From a virus (Duplodnaviria > Caudoviricetes), in the IMG/VR virus record IMGVR_UViG_3300012933_000244, positions 1-32,799 of that record: a stretch of DNA of 32,799 nucleotides; one strand, given 5' to 3'. Position numbers and translations under genes: made by a program. The notes below the pieces were generated by a model. That model did no database searches and had not been told where the DNA came from. It saw only the letters and a program-made list of their open reading frames with translations. The stretch's first letter is position 1. Every line of letters begins with the position of its first letter. Below are positions 15,025 through 23,556 of the stretch, one piece after another.

Positions 15025-15104
15025 TAAATGTAGCTGACCAATGTCGTGATATTATCTTTGCTGAGTTTCCTACGCTTAAGGAGCTATATGAAGGACGAGA
15101 ATGA
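15021..15104 (+). pseudogene. Displaced original 3' end of thyX
   Basis: VADQCRDIIFAEFPTLKELY aligns without gaps to the ThyX C-terminus VAVQCAKILEEHFPNVMEAF. Confidence 0.72.
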
Positions 15105-15369
15105 AATCATTGAAGACATCCTAGATGAGTTTGACTTCGGTAAAGCTCAGCAAGCTATGGAAGCTCTTAACTGGGTGTGGCATTCCAGTGAAGGAACTCC
15201 TACACTAGGACAGATGCGTAAACGAGCTAGATTCCTTATGAAGGAGTGTATTGGACATGAAGAGTACCATACAGCCACAGGAGGATTCTATGTCTTTAAG
15301 CGTACCTTCGACGGCCTACCCTTCTACAGACTTATGTTTGTAGTCGCTGAATGGGACAACTATGAGTAA
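15088..15369 (+). CDS. Hypothetical protein
   Basis: AAGGAG RBS; IEDILDEFDFGKAQQAMEALNWVW. Confidence 0.75.
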   Translation: MKDENEIIEDILDEFDFGKAQQAMEALNWVWHSSEGTPTLGQMRKRARFLMKECIGHEEYHTATGGFYVFKRTFDGLPFYRLMFVVAEWDNYE

Positions 15370-15378
15370 AGGCACTGA

Positions 15379-15582
15379 ATGGCAAAGCTGATAGTTCACT
15401 ATAAACCTCCTATGTTCATCCCAGATTGGACTAAGGGGTACAAAGTGTACGTTGTAGATCATCCTCGCTTAGGGTGTAGAATGATAGAAACCTCACCAGT
15501 GATTAAAGACTACGGTAACGGAATCTTTGAGACACAGTGGGTTGTCTATCACCCTCAAGACGGAGATTTCAATGACACTTGA
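15379..15582 (+). CDS. Hypothetical protein
   Basis: 67 aa; DHPRLG...TSPV...FET. Confidence 0.7.
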   Translation: MAKLIVHYKPPMFIPDWTKGYKVYVVDHPRLGCRMIETSPVIKDYGNGIFETQWVVYHPQDGDFNDT

Positions 15583-16063
15583 CCAATATTTTCATTTAAT
15601 TGTTAATAAACAACAGAAGGAAACAATTATGTTTGAGAAAACTAAAATGTTCTTCACTGAACAGATTGAAAAGATTAACTCACTGCTTACTAAGCCTGTA
15701 GCATTCAAAGAAGAGCCAGAGACTGCTTTCGATGATGGTTACTGGGCTTTTGAGATGTACACACCTGAGTGGATCAATGAGTACGGTGAGACAGAGAAGC
15801 CTGTACATACTTGTTTCATTGAACCACATGAAGGTACTTGGATAGAAGTCTTGGATCGTATCTTAGACGCTATGGAAGCTCACTACGGCTACAGCATCAA
15901 AGAGCAAGTTTACTACTCAGTTACCTTCCCTTTGAATGATCCTGAATGTGCTGGTTACACTCGATGCTTGAACGATGAGCTGCTTCAGCAGGTTCTCTTG
16001 GCTCATCCAGAGCTGTATCAATCTTACATCTACGGTAATACAGAACAGGATTTGTTCGCATGA
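15572..16063 (+). CDS. Hypothetical acidic protein
   Basis: Start at 15572 or 15629; both have RBS-like sequences. Confidence 0.7.
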   Translation: MTLDQYFHLIVNKQQKETIMFEKTKMFFTEQIEKINSLLTKPVAFKEEPETAFDDGYWAFEMYTPEWINEYGETEKPVHTCFIEPHEGTWIEVLDRILDAMEAHYGYSIKEQVYYSVTFPLNDPECAGYTRCLNDELLQQVLLAHPELYQSYIYGNTEQDLFA

Positions 16064-16440
16064 CCAAGGAAGAAAGACTGGCGTATCAAAAGCAGCGCCG
16101 AAAGTTAAACAATAATCTAGATACCTCTCGTTATGAGAAGACCGAAAATGGTTTCCTAATGCGTATGTATCGGAACATGAAGAGCCGTGTAACAGGAGTT
16201 CAATCAAAGAAAGCTCATCTCTATGCGGGTAAGGATATTCTTCCAAAAGAAGAATTCTACGAGTGGGCTAAATGTTCACCAATGTTCCGAGTGCTGTTTA
16301 AACAGTATTCCGACAACGGTTGTCAAATGAAGGACGCGCCGACTGTAGATCGAGTTGATAGTGGTTTAGGCTACACATTAGATAATATGCAGTGGGTGAC
16401 TCATTCAGTAAACTCTTCACGAGCAGCGAGGAAAAAATGA
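16060..16440 (+). CDS. HNH-type homing endonuclease
   Basis: YRNMKSR...PTVDRVDSGLGYTLDNMQWVTHSVN. Confidence 0.82.
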   Translation: MTKEERLAYQKQRRKLNNNLDTSRYEKTENGFLMRMYRNMKSRVTGVQSKKAHLYAGKDILPKEEFYEWAKCSPMFRVLFKQYSDNGCQMKDAPTVDRVDSGLGYTLDNMQWVTHSVNSSRAARKK

Positions 16441-17213
16441 AGATACTTGTTATTCCAGATTGTCAGGTTAAAGAAGGCGTTCCTTTAGAGCATCTAGAGT
16501 GGGCCGGTAAGGCTATTTGTGACTATCGTCCTGATGTGGTTGTAAACATCGGAGATTTCGCGGATATGCCGAGCTTGTCTAGTCACGATGTCAAAGGCTC
16601 TAAGTATTTTGAAGGGCTACGTTATCAGAAGGATGTGGACAGTGTGAAAAACGCCATGAACTTGCTGCTAAAGCCGTTAAAAGACTTACAAAAAAGTCAG
16701 AAAGAGAGTAAGCATAAAGTTTATAAGCCTCGTATGGTGATGACTCTCGGTAATCACTGCAATCGTATTGACAGAGCTGTTAACAACAACCCGATGCTTG
16801 AAGGTCTCATTTCAACAAAAGATTTGGAGTACGAAAAAGATTGGGAAGTTTATCCGTTCTTAGAGCCTGTGTTCATTAACGGAGTAGGTTTCTGTCATTA
16901 CTGGAGTGTGGGGGCTATGGGTCGTCCAGCAGCCACGCCAGCTGCGATCATTAGTAAGCTTCACATGAGCTGCATCGCTGGCCACCAGCAAGGAAAAGCC
17001 GTAGCTTACGGTAAGAGGGCCGACGGTCAATCCATCTGCGCTATTATTGCAGGCTCTTATTATCTTCACGATGAAGCGTATATGAGTCAGTTGAGCAATA
17101 AGCATTGGCGTGGATTGGTTGTTTTGAATGACGTTAAAGATGGGGCCTTTGATGAGATGTTCTTATCAATCGAATACTTGGAAAGAAAATATGGCAACCA
17201 AACCAACAGTTAA
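16437..17213 (+). CDS. Calcineurin-like metallophosphoesterase
   Basis: PDCQ, IGDFAD, LGNH, AGHQQ motifs. Confidence 0.88.
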   Translation: MKILVIPDCQVKEGVPLEHLEWAGKAICDYRPDVVVNIGDFADMPSLSSHDVKGSKYFEGLRYQKDVDSVKNAMNLLLKPLKDLQKSQKESKHKVYKPRMVMTLGNHCNRIDRAVNNNPMLEGLISTKDLEYEKDWEVYPFLEPVFINGVGFCHYWSVGAMGRPAATPAAIISKLHMSCIAGHQQGKAVAYGKRADGQSICAIIAGSYYLHDEAYMSQLSNKHWRGLVVLNDVKDGAFDEMFLSIEYLERKYGNQTNS

Positions 17214-17565
17214 GGAAATTGAGGAATATATGGCTTCTTTGAACATCCCTATGGAACAAGGTTTGAACGGTACAACTAAGTACGATGTAATTAGTAAACC
17301 AAAGCATTACATGCTCTTTGATGAGATGGAAGTCAAGGAACGTGGTTTTGAAGGTCAAGGTATTGAGGTACGCGATGTGCTTGAGAAGCTTGTAGGGAAG
17401 TTCTACAAAAACTGTGAGAATCTTCCAGATCAACCTTCTTGTGCTTTGTTTGAATCAGATTATGTACAACTTATGCAGTACTTAATGCGCTTCATAAACA
17501 AGAATGGTGTAGAAGACCTCAAAAAGGCTCGTTGGTATCTTGACAAAATGATCGAAGCATATTAA
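17191..17565 (+). CDS. DUF3310 family protein (T7 gp1.7-like nucleotide kinase)
   Basis: DVISKPKHY...YLMRFINKNGVEDLKKARWYLDKMI. Confidence 0.82.
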   Translation: MATKPTVKEIEEYMASLNIPMEQGLNGTTKYDVISKPKHYMLFDEMEVKERGFEGQGIEVRDVLEKLVGKFYKNCENLPDQPSCALFESDYVQLMQYLMRFINKNGVEDLKKARWYLDKMIEAY

Positions 17566-17568
17566 GAT
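17540..17568 (+). promoter_or_regulatory. Sigma-70 promoter upstream of nrdJ
   Basis: TTGACA-N17-TAAGAT. Confidence 0.55.
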
Positions 17569-17607
17569 ACGTGCCCTTCAAAATTTAATAACAACAGGAC
17601 AATCAGA

Positions 17608-19506
17608 ATGAAAATGACCCCTTACCAGACCTACATTGCTAAGTCACGTTACAGCCGTTACTTGGACGATAAAGGTCGTCGTGAACACTGGAATGAGACA
17701 GTTAATCGCTACTTTGACTTCATGGGAAGTCACTTGATGTTAAAACACAACTATCTGCTGACAATCGAGATGCGTAAGCGCCTTGAGAATGCTGTCCTGA
17801 ACTTGGATGTCATGCCTTCCATGCGTAGTTTAATGACTGCTGGTGATGCCTTAGAGCGTCAAAACGTAGCTGGTTATAACTGTTCATACGTAAATATTGA
17901 TGATCCTAAAGCCTTCGATGAGGCTATGTATATTCTCCTGTGTGGTACAGGTGTAGGTTTCTCTGTGGAGCAGAAGTATGTCAACCGTTTACCTGAAATC
18001 CCTGAAAAGCTTTATGAGTCTAATACTGTGGTTCACGTTAAAGACTCCAAAGAAGGATGGGCAAAGGCGTTACGACAGGTACTCGCTCTCCTGTGGGCCG
18101 GAGAAGTCCCTAAGTGGGACGTATCTAATGTACGTGCAGCAGGGACTCGTCTTAAAACATTTGGTGGTCGTGCAAGTGGCCCAGAACCGCTTGTTGAGCT
18201 TTTCAAATATGTTGTTGCAAAGTTTAAGACAGCGGCAGGCCGCAAGCTTCATTCCCTCGAGGCTCATGATATTCTCTGCAAGATCGGGGAAGTGGTCGTG
18301 GTTGGTGGCGTTCGTCGCTCCGCTATGATCTCTCTGTCTGACTTGGATGATGACCGTATGGCTCACGCTAAGGCAGGTAACTGGTGGGAAGGTAACGGTC
18401 AACGAGCCTTGGCTAACAACTCAGCTGTGTACGATGTCAAGCCTGACGTAGGCCAGTTTATGCGTGAATGGAGCAACATCTATGAATCACACTCAGGTGA
18501 ACGTGGTATCTTTAACCGCTATGCGTCAGAGATTCAAGCAGCTAAGAATGGACGCCGTGTACTCGGTAAAGAGTGGGGTACTAATCCTTGCTCAGAGATT
18601 ATTCTCCGTCCTTATCAGTTTTGCAACCTCAGCTCAGTTATTGTTCGTGCGGATGACACTGTGGAGTCTCTCAAAGAGAAAGTGGCTATCGCAACGATCC
18701 TTGGAACTTTCCAATCGACGTTGACTAACTTCCCGTACCTGCGTAAGGTGTGGCAGACTAACACAGAGGAAGAGCGTTTGTTGGGTGTATCCATGACAGG
18801 TATCCTAGACAATACCTTGTTGAATAACGCCTACGATGAAGGTTTGCCTGCACGACTAGAGGAGCTGAAGAATGTTGCTGTCGATACTAATAAGCATCTT
18901 GCTGCTGAATTGGGCATCAATGCTTCTGCTGCGATCACGTGTGTCAAGCCTGAGGGAACTGTTAGTCAACTCACTGGTACTGCTAGCGGCATTCATCCTC
19001 AACACAGTGCTTATTTCATTCGTCGTGTCCGTAGCGATGCAAAAGATCCCCTCACTCAATTTCTCAAGGATTCTGGATTTCCTTGGGAGCCTTGTGTGAT
19101 GAAGCCTGAATCCACTGTGATCTTTAGCTTCCCGATGAAGACACCCTCAGGTGCTCGTCTACGTGAAGACTTGTCAGCTCTTGAACACTTGGACTTGTGG
19201 TTGACATTCCAGCGTCACTGGTGTGAACATAAACCTTCAGTTACAATCTCAGTCAATGAGAATGAATGGCCTAAAGTAGGTGCATGGACATGGGAGAACT
19301 TCGATGAGATTACTGGTGTATCGTATTTACCCATGGATGGTGGCACTTATCGTCAGGCTCCCTATGAGTCTATCAATGAGGAAACGTATGCTGCAATGCT
19401 TGTGGAGATGCCTACCTCGATTGACTGGGAAAACATGAAGGAAGTGACTGACAACGTGGAAGGCGCTCAGACCCTTTCATGCACCGCTGGAGGATGTGAG
19501 ATCTAA
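17608..19506 (+). CDS. nrdJ: Class II (adenosylcobalamin-dependent) ribonucleotide reductase
   Basis: YNCSY, GTGVGFS, GTNPCSEI, FCNLS, TCVKPEGT, C-terminal CTAGGCEI; no beta subunit gene present. Confidence 0.95.
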   Translation: MKMTPYQTYIAKSRYSRYLDDKGRREHWNETVNRYFDFMGSHLMLKHNYLLTIEMRKRLENAVLNLDVMPSMRSLMTAGDALERQNVAGYNCSYVNIDDPKAFDEAMYILLCGTGVGFSVEQKYVNRLPEIPEKLYESNTVVHVKDSKEGWAKALRQVLALLWAGEVPKWDVSNVRAAGTRLKTFGGRASGPEPLVELFKYVVAKFKTAAGRKLHSLEAHDILCKIGEVVVVGGVRRSAMISLSDLDDDRMAHAKAGNWWEGNGQRALANNSAVYDVKPDVGQFMREWSNIYESHSGERGIFNRYASEIQAAKNGRRVLGKEWGTNPCSEIILRPYQFCNLSSVIVRADDTVESLKEKVAIATILGTFQSTLTNFPYLRKVWQTNTEEERLLGVSMTGILDNTLLNNAYDEGLPARLEELKNVAVDTNKHLAAELGINASAAITCVKPEGTVSQLTGTASGIHPQHSAYFIRRVRSDAKDPLTQFLKDSGFPWEPCVMKPESTVIFSFPMKTPSGARLREDLSALEHLDLWLTFQRHWCEHKPSVTISVNENEWPKVGAWTWENFDEITGVSYLPMDGGTYRQAPYESINEETYAAMLVEMPTSIDWENMKEVTDNVEGAQTLSCTAGGCEI

Positions 19507-19507
19507 T

Positions 19508-19696
19508 ATGAAGATCGTATACACAAAAGACAACTGTCCAGCGTGTGTGCAACTGAAGACAAGGTTAGACTCGGAAGGGGTTGACTTTGTTGAGGTTCAC
19601 TTAGGTTTGGATATGACCATTGAAGCCTTTAAGGAGAAGTTCCCTACTGTGCGTTCAGTACCTCATGTAGTAGATGCAAAGGATGAAACATGGTAA
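19508..19696 (+). CDS. Glutaredoxin
   Basis: YTKDNCPAC...RSVPHV, adjacent to nrdJ. Confidence 0.9.
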   Translation: MKIVYTKDNCPACVQLKTRLDSEGVDFVEVHLGLDMTIEAFKEKFPTVRSVPHVVDAKDETW

Positions 19697-19881
19697 TTGA
19701 ACACCCTTATTTATCAATCACTTTTGAAAAAGTAGATCCTCAATGGTATCCTGTCATTTACTATATGGGTAAAGCAATGCTTGAGAAGGATCGAGAATTT
19801 AGTAAAGGAATGATTGACCGATCACAGCTAGATGACTTCATAAAAGAAGCTGAGGCTTATTTTAAAAAGGATCTCCTATGA
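19690..19881 (+). CDS. Hypothetical protein
   Basis: 63 aa, AAGGA RBS. Confidence 0.65.
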   Translation: MVIEHPYLSITFEKVDPQWYPVIYYMGKAMLEKDREFSKGMIDRSQLDDFIKEAEAYFKKDLL

Positions 19882-20030
19882 TTATTGACTTCAACTGGTC
19901 AGGAGGTCTTGTACTAGGTCTTGTACATACGGATGAAGCTATAGTGGAGACTGATGAAGATGAGTATGAGTTCTGTCAAGCTATCATCATTCATCTAGGA
20001 TTCTTTAACATAGCAATCCTGTTCTACTAA
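19878..20030 (+). CDS. Hypothetical protein (50 aa)
   Basis: MIIDFNWSGGLVLGLVHTDE...AILFY; ATGA coupled. Confidence 0.65.
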   Translation: MIIDFNWSGGLVLGLVHTDEAIVETDEDEYEFCQAIIIHLGFFNIAILFY

Positions 20031-20041
20031 CCCTAGAAACT

Positions 20042-20068
20042 AAGAAGCCCTCTTTCGAGGGCTTTTTT
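20042..20068. terminator. Bidirectional intrinsic terminator between converging modules
   Basis: AAGCCCTC-TTTC-GAGGGCTT followed by a T tract. Confidence 0.9.
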
Positions 20069-20075
20069 GTAGCTG

Positions 20076-20528
20076 TTATGCTTTGTGGTATTCCTCTTCA
20101 GTGAGGATACCTGCTTTATACTTGTTCTCTGGCTTATAAATAGTAAGCTCTTGTTGTCGCATAGCAGGGTCAAAGCTGATGTGCATCCAACGACCAAACT
20201 CATGGATCATCTGGTCAAACTTGATACCAGCCTTCTTGACTTCCTGACACAGTTGGTAAGGAGTCAGTTTAGAGCTAGATACGTCGATAGCCCAACCATC
20301 CATGTGAGAGGAGACTTTAGAGCCTCCAACAGCCACGTTAACAGCTGGTAGACGCAACCAAGAGTTGATCTTCAGAGGGCCAGTAACAGCACGTAGTTGC
20401 TCAAGCTTAGCAGCAGCTACTTTCATGTTCTCCAACTGGACAGTAGAAGGTTGGTTGTCGATACCTTGACGGATAGCTGTGTCGCTATAGGTAGCTTCTT
20501 CAAGAGAAAAATGTTCGCTCAACTGCAT
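20076..20528 (-). CDS. Endolysin, peptidase M15A family
   Basis: LSEHFSLEE, INSWLR...N.AVGG...SSHMDGWAID, WMHIS. Confidence 0.92.
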   Translation of the reverse strand: MQLSEHFSLEEATYSDTAIRQGIDNQPSTVQLENMKVAAAKLEQLRAVTGPLKINSWLRLPAVNVAVGGSKVSSHMDGWAIDVSSSKLTPYQLCQEVKKAGIKFDQMIHEFGRWMHISFDPAMRQQELTIYKPENKYKAGILTEEEYHKA

Positions 20529-20530
20529 GA

Positions 20531-20812
20531 TTACTCTCCTTCTTTAGGAGCTGGTGAGCTTTTACGACCAGAGATAGCACCCATAGCACCAACACCCATA
20601 AAGGCAATAGCTTTGAGGATCTCAAGGAACACAGCGTCGATAGGAGCTAAGTCGCCTGTCTGCTCTTCAAAGCCAATGAGCCACAGGACACCGAAGGCAA
20701 TAATCATTACCATACAAGTGATAGAACGGACAACGAAAGCCCATGTACGGATTTCAATCTCTTGTTCTGTTAGAGGTGGTTTGTTAATCCACTGTTGAAT
20801 TAGTTCTTTCAT
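20531..20812 (-). CDS. Two-TM membrane protein (lysis cassette)
   Basis: Two hydrophobic helices, located between holin and endolysin. Confidence 0.7.
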   Translation of the reverse strand: MKELIQQWINKPPLTEQEIEIRTWAFVVRSITCMVMIIAFGVLWLIGFEEQTGDLAPIDAVFLEILKAIAFMGVGAMGAISGRKSSPAPKEGE

Positions 20813-21264
20813 TTCTTACCTACCTTATCAGCTAATTTTTCCATTGTCCTACCACCGAAGTAGAAAGACATCACGAGCATTCCCCATTGACCTAGAAGCT
20901 CCACGTAAGCACCTCTAGTCTCATATTCAAAGATAGAAGCGATAGCGAAGCCACTGTAGGCCACTAGGAGGAATATAAGCACCATAGGACGGATGTTCTT
21001 AGACAACCATGAGTCAGAGGCCATATCAGCCTTCATACGCTCCGTCAGGTTTGTTTGTTCAATCTCGTACTCTTTACAGTCAATCTCTTTGAGCTTAGCT
21101 GCCAGTTCAGGATTGTCTTTAAGAGCTTGAGTGACTGCACTAGGTGAAGCCTCCACACCGAGCTTAGAGGCGATAGCGTTCATAGCCATACCTCCCAGAG
21201 GCCCCCCCACAGCAGTAGCCAGAGCAGGTGCTACATTTTTAAGCAGGTTCATCAGTTCATTCAT
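20809..21264 (-). CDS. 3TM holin-like protein
   Basis: DSWLSKNIRP...MSFYFGGRTMEK motif. Confidence 0.8.
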   Translation of the reverse strand: MNELMNLLKNVAPALATAVGGPLGGMAMNAIASKLGVEASPSAVTQALKDNPELAAKLKEIDCKEYEIEQTNLTERMKADMASDSWLSKNIRPMVLIFLLVAYSGFAIASIFEYETRGAYVELLGQWGMLVMSFYFGGRTMEKLADKVGKK

Positions 21265-21446
21265 GGTTTTCTACACGCCTCAACAGCGTCCTTTACGATA
21301 ATATATAGATAGAGTTCAAAAGGTAAAATAATAAAGAACAGCAAGGTAAGCAATACAAGGAAGCTTACGTAGGCTGTCTCGCTAGAAGAATTGCTATTGT
21401 TAGTCCCCATGTTTCCATCACTATTAAAGCCATTACTACGACCCAA
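21261..21446 (-). CDS. Small membrane protein
   Basis: One TM helix; overlaps the 3' end of the upstream gene. Confidence 0.55.
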   Translation of the reverse strand: MGRSNGFNSDGNMGTNNSNSSSETAYVSFLVLLTLLFFIILPFELYLYIIVKDAVEACRKP

Positions 21447-22111
21447 GCTATTCTTTGTCGAATCTTACTGATAAGCTTATGCTTCTTGAGTACTTCCTCT
21501 TTCCTCTGCTTTAAGGCTCTTAAATGAGTTATCTCTTGCTTCTCTTGCACTATTCCAAACATCTCAATAACGTCTGTGTACAGAGCGCCTAGCTCAGGAG
21601 GACTCTGATAGATCATTACCTCTCTGATCTCCTTCTGAGCCTTCTCCATCTCCTTCTTAGCTATAACTAAGTCAAGGGAGACATCTAGAAGCTCATCAGG
21701 CTCAATATACTGTGTGTCTATACGTAGCTGTTGTTGCTCAATCTTCTTCTGGATGGCTATCATGGCCTTGAAGAAGACTTTAAGGTTCTTTATGAGGTCA
21801 CTCTTTATCTCTTGTTCACTGTGTGATTCAACAGCTTTCTTAGCCTTCTTTGGCGGAGTCTCAGTCTTAGTATCATTATTAGCAACTGCCTCTATGAGGT
21901 GATTAGGGGGCTTATTCGCCTCAGATTCTGCACCGAATAGCTTCTCTTTAATGAAGCCCCAAAGACCTACTACCTCATCGACGTGCTCCTTAGCCTCATC
22001 GAAGGTAGCCTTAGCCTCTAGGACTACACCTTTATACTCTTTGTATAGCTCACATCCCTGCTGGATAGCCTCAACAGCCTTGAGAGCACCAGCAAGGATT
22101 AAGAGAGGCAT
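21365..22111 (-). CDS. Coiled-coil protein with C-terminal TM anchor
   Basis: 248 aa, helical and charged, hydrophobic C-terminus. Confidence 0.75.
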   Translation of the reverse strand: MPLLILAGALKAVEAIQQGCELYKEYKGVVLEAKATFDEAKEHVDEVVGLWGFIKEKLFGAESEANKPPNHLIEAVANNDTKTETPPKKAKKAVESHSEQEIKSDLIKNLKVFFKAMIAIQKKIEQQQLRIDTQYIEPDELLDVSLDLVIAKKEMEKAQKEIREVMIYQSPPELGALYTDVIEMFGIVQEKQEITHLRALKQRKEEVLKKHKLISKIRQRIAWVVVMALIVMETWGLTIAILLARQPT

Positions 22112-23547
22112 TACTGAGCTTCTGGAGGAACTAAACCTGTAGTAAGAAGACCACGATAGGCTAGATTAGGCTGTGTAGGTAGAGCTTGACCTGAAGCAAT
22201 CAAATTAGCAGCTTGCTGAGCAGCTCGGCGACGAAGTACGCTTTGAATAGTATCTGCTCCGTAACCAGCAGCAGCTAAACCAGCAGCAGACATTGGAGTC
22301 TGTGTAGCAGCCACGCCATAAGCAGCCGCTGAAAGCTTAGAACGAGCAGGATTAAACTGAGCAGCAAAGCTCATCAAAGGATCAAGACTACCTCCCTTGA
22401 TAACAGATTTAATGATATTTTGCTCTTGTTCATTAAACAAGCTCATCTTGTTTTTGTTAGCTGCAATGTTAACAAAGCCTCGACGGATCAGTTCACTTTC
22501 AGAAGCATTAGGCATCTCTTTCTTAATCTCAGCTACATTAAGAGCGTCTTCTAGTACCTGAGCACGAGAAGAATTACGCCAATCTTTACGAGCGTCCATT
22601 ACCTTTTTAACAGCGTTATCCAGACCTGCTTTACCAGCAACCAAGTCACGGCCGTTAATCTTAGTAATGTAGTTGTCAATTGAATCCACAGCCACAGAAC
22701 CTAAACGAGCTTCTTTAGGGTCTGAACTACCTTTTAACTGATTGACTAATTGACGTAGACGATCAACAGTGGCGAAAGGGACGCGCTGAGTACCAATAAT
22801 CTTTTCCATCTGTGCCAATGTACGTTCAGCAGCAGCAGCTTCAGGAGAGCCGGGTATCATGTTTGCATCGTCTAGAGACTTACGAATATCTCCAACCATG
22901 CTCAAGGCACTCTGAGGTTTAACAGCAATACCTGCATCATCTACAGATTTATATGCACGAGACGCACGTTGACGTACCTCATCCATAGTGAATACAGGTT
23001 TGTTTTCTTTCATGGCTGCGCCAATAGCTCGGCCTGAAGCGCCAGCAGCTAAAGTACCTGCACCTATCGCAGCAATAGTGGCTGCTAAGTCACTACCTGT
23101 GTAGTCTTTAATAACTTCAGCAGTAGGTTGGGAAACCATACCGGCAATAGCGGATACAGGGATCTGACGCGCCATGTCAGCTGCCAACGCAGGGACCGTA
23201 GGAGCTAGCTTAGCCAAACCAGCAGTGCCTGTCATAGCCTGTGTACCGGCTTGTACAGCACGTTCTAAACGGTTCTCAGGCTCAGGGATACCTGCTTGAG
23301 TAAGCGTTTGACTTTGTGCTTGAGCAAAGCTAGGGATACGACTTTCAGACCCTAGAAGGTTAGCGCCAATATTGTAAACACCTCGGCCTGCTTCCAACAC
23401 AGCAGTAGCTGGAGAGGTAAAACCCTCAATAACTGCTCGTCCTGTTAGACCTAATTGACGACCTAGTTCTTGCCCTGTTGTTCGAGGAACTAGATCTTCA
23501 AAGGAAACATCCTTAGGAATCAAATCATCAAAAGACACATCTGCCAT
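22111..23547 (-). CDS. Putative internal virion / DNA ejection protein
   Basis: 478 aa, Ala/Gly-rich, FDDLIP/FEDLVP N-terminal repeat; follows tail tube genes. Confidence 0.65.
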   Translation of the reverse strand: MADVSFDDLIPKDVSFEDLVPRTTGQELGRQLGLTGRAVIEGFTSPATAVLEAGRGVYNIGANLLGSESRIPSFAQAQSQTLTQAGIPEPENRLERAVQAGTQAMTGTAGLAKLAPTVPALAADMARQIPVSAIAGMVSQPTAEVIKDYTGSDLAATIAAIGAGTLAAGASGRAIGAAMKENKPVFTMDEVRQRASRAYKSVDDAGIAVKPQSALSMVGDIRKSLDDANMIPGSPEAAAAERTLAQMEKIIGTQRVPFATVDRLRQLVNQLKGSSDPKEARLGSVAVDSIDNYITKINGRDLVAGKAGLDNAVKKVMDARKDWRNSSRAQVLEDALNVAEIKKEMPNASESELIRRGFVNIAANKNKMSLFNEQEQNIIKSVIKGGSLDPLMSFAAQFNPARSKLSAAAYGVAATQTPMSAAGLAAAGYGADTIQSVLRRRAAQQAANLIASGQALPTQPNLAYRGLLTTGLVPPEAQ

Positions 23548-23556
23548 ATATTTCCT

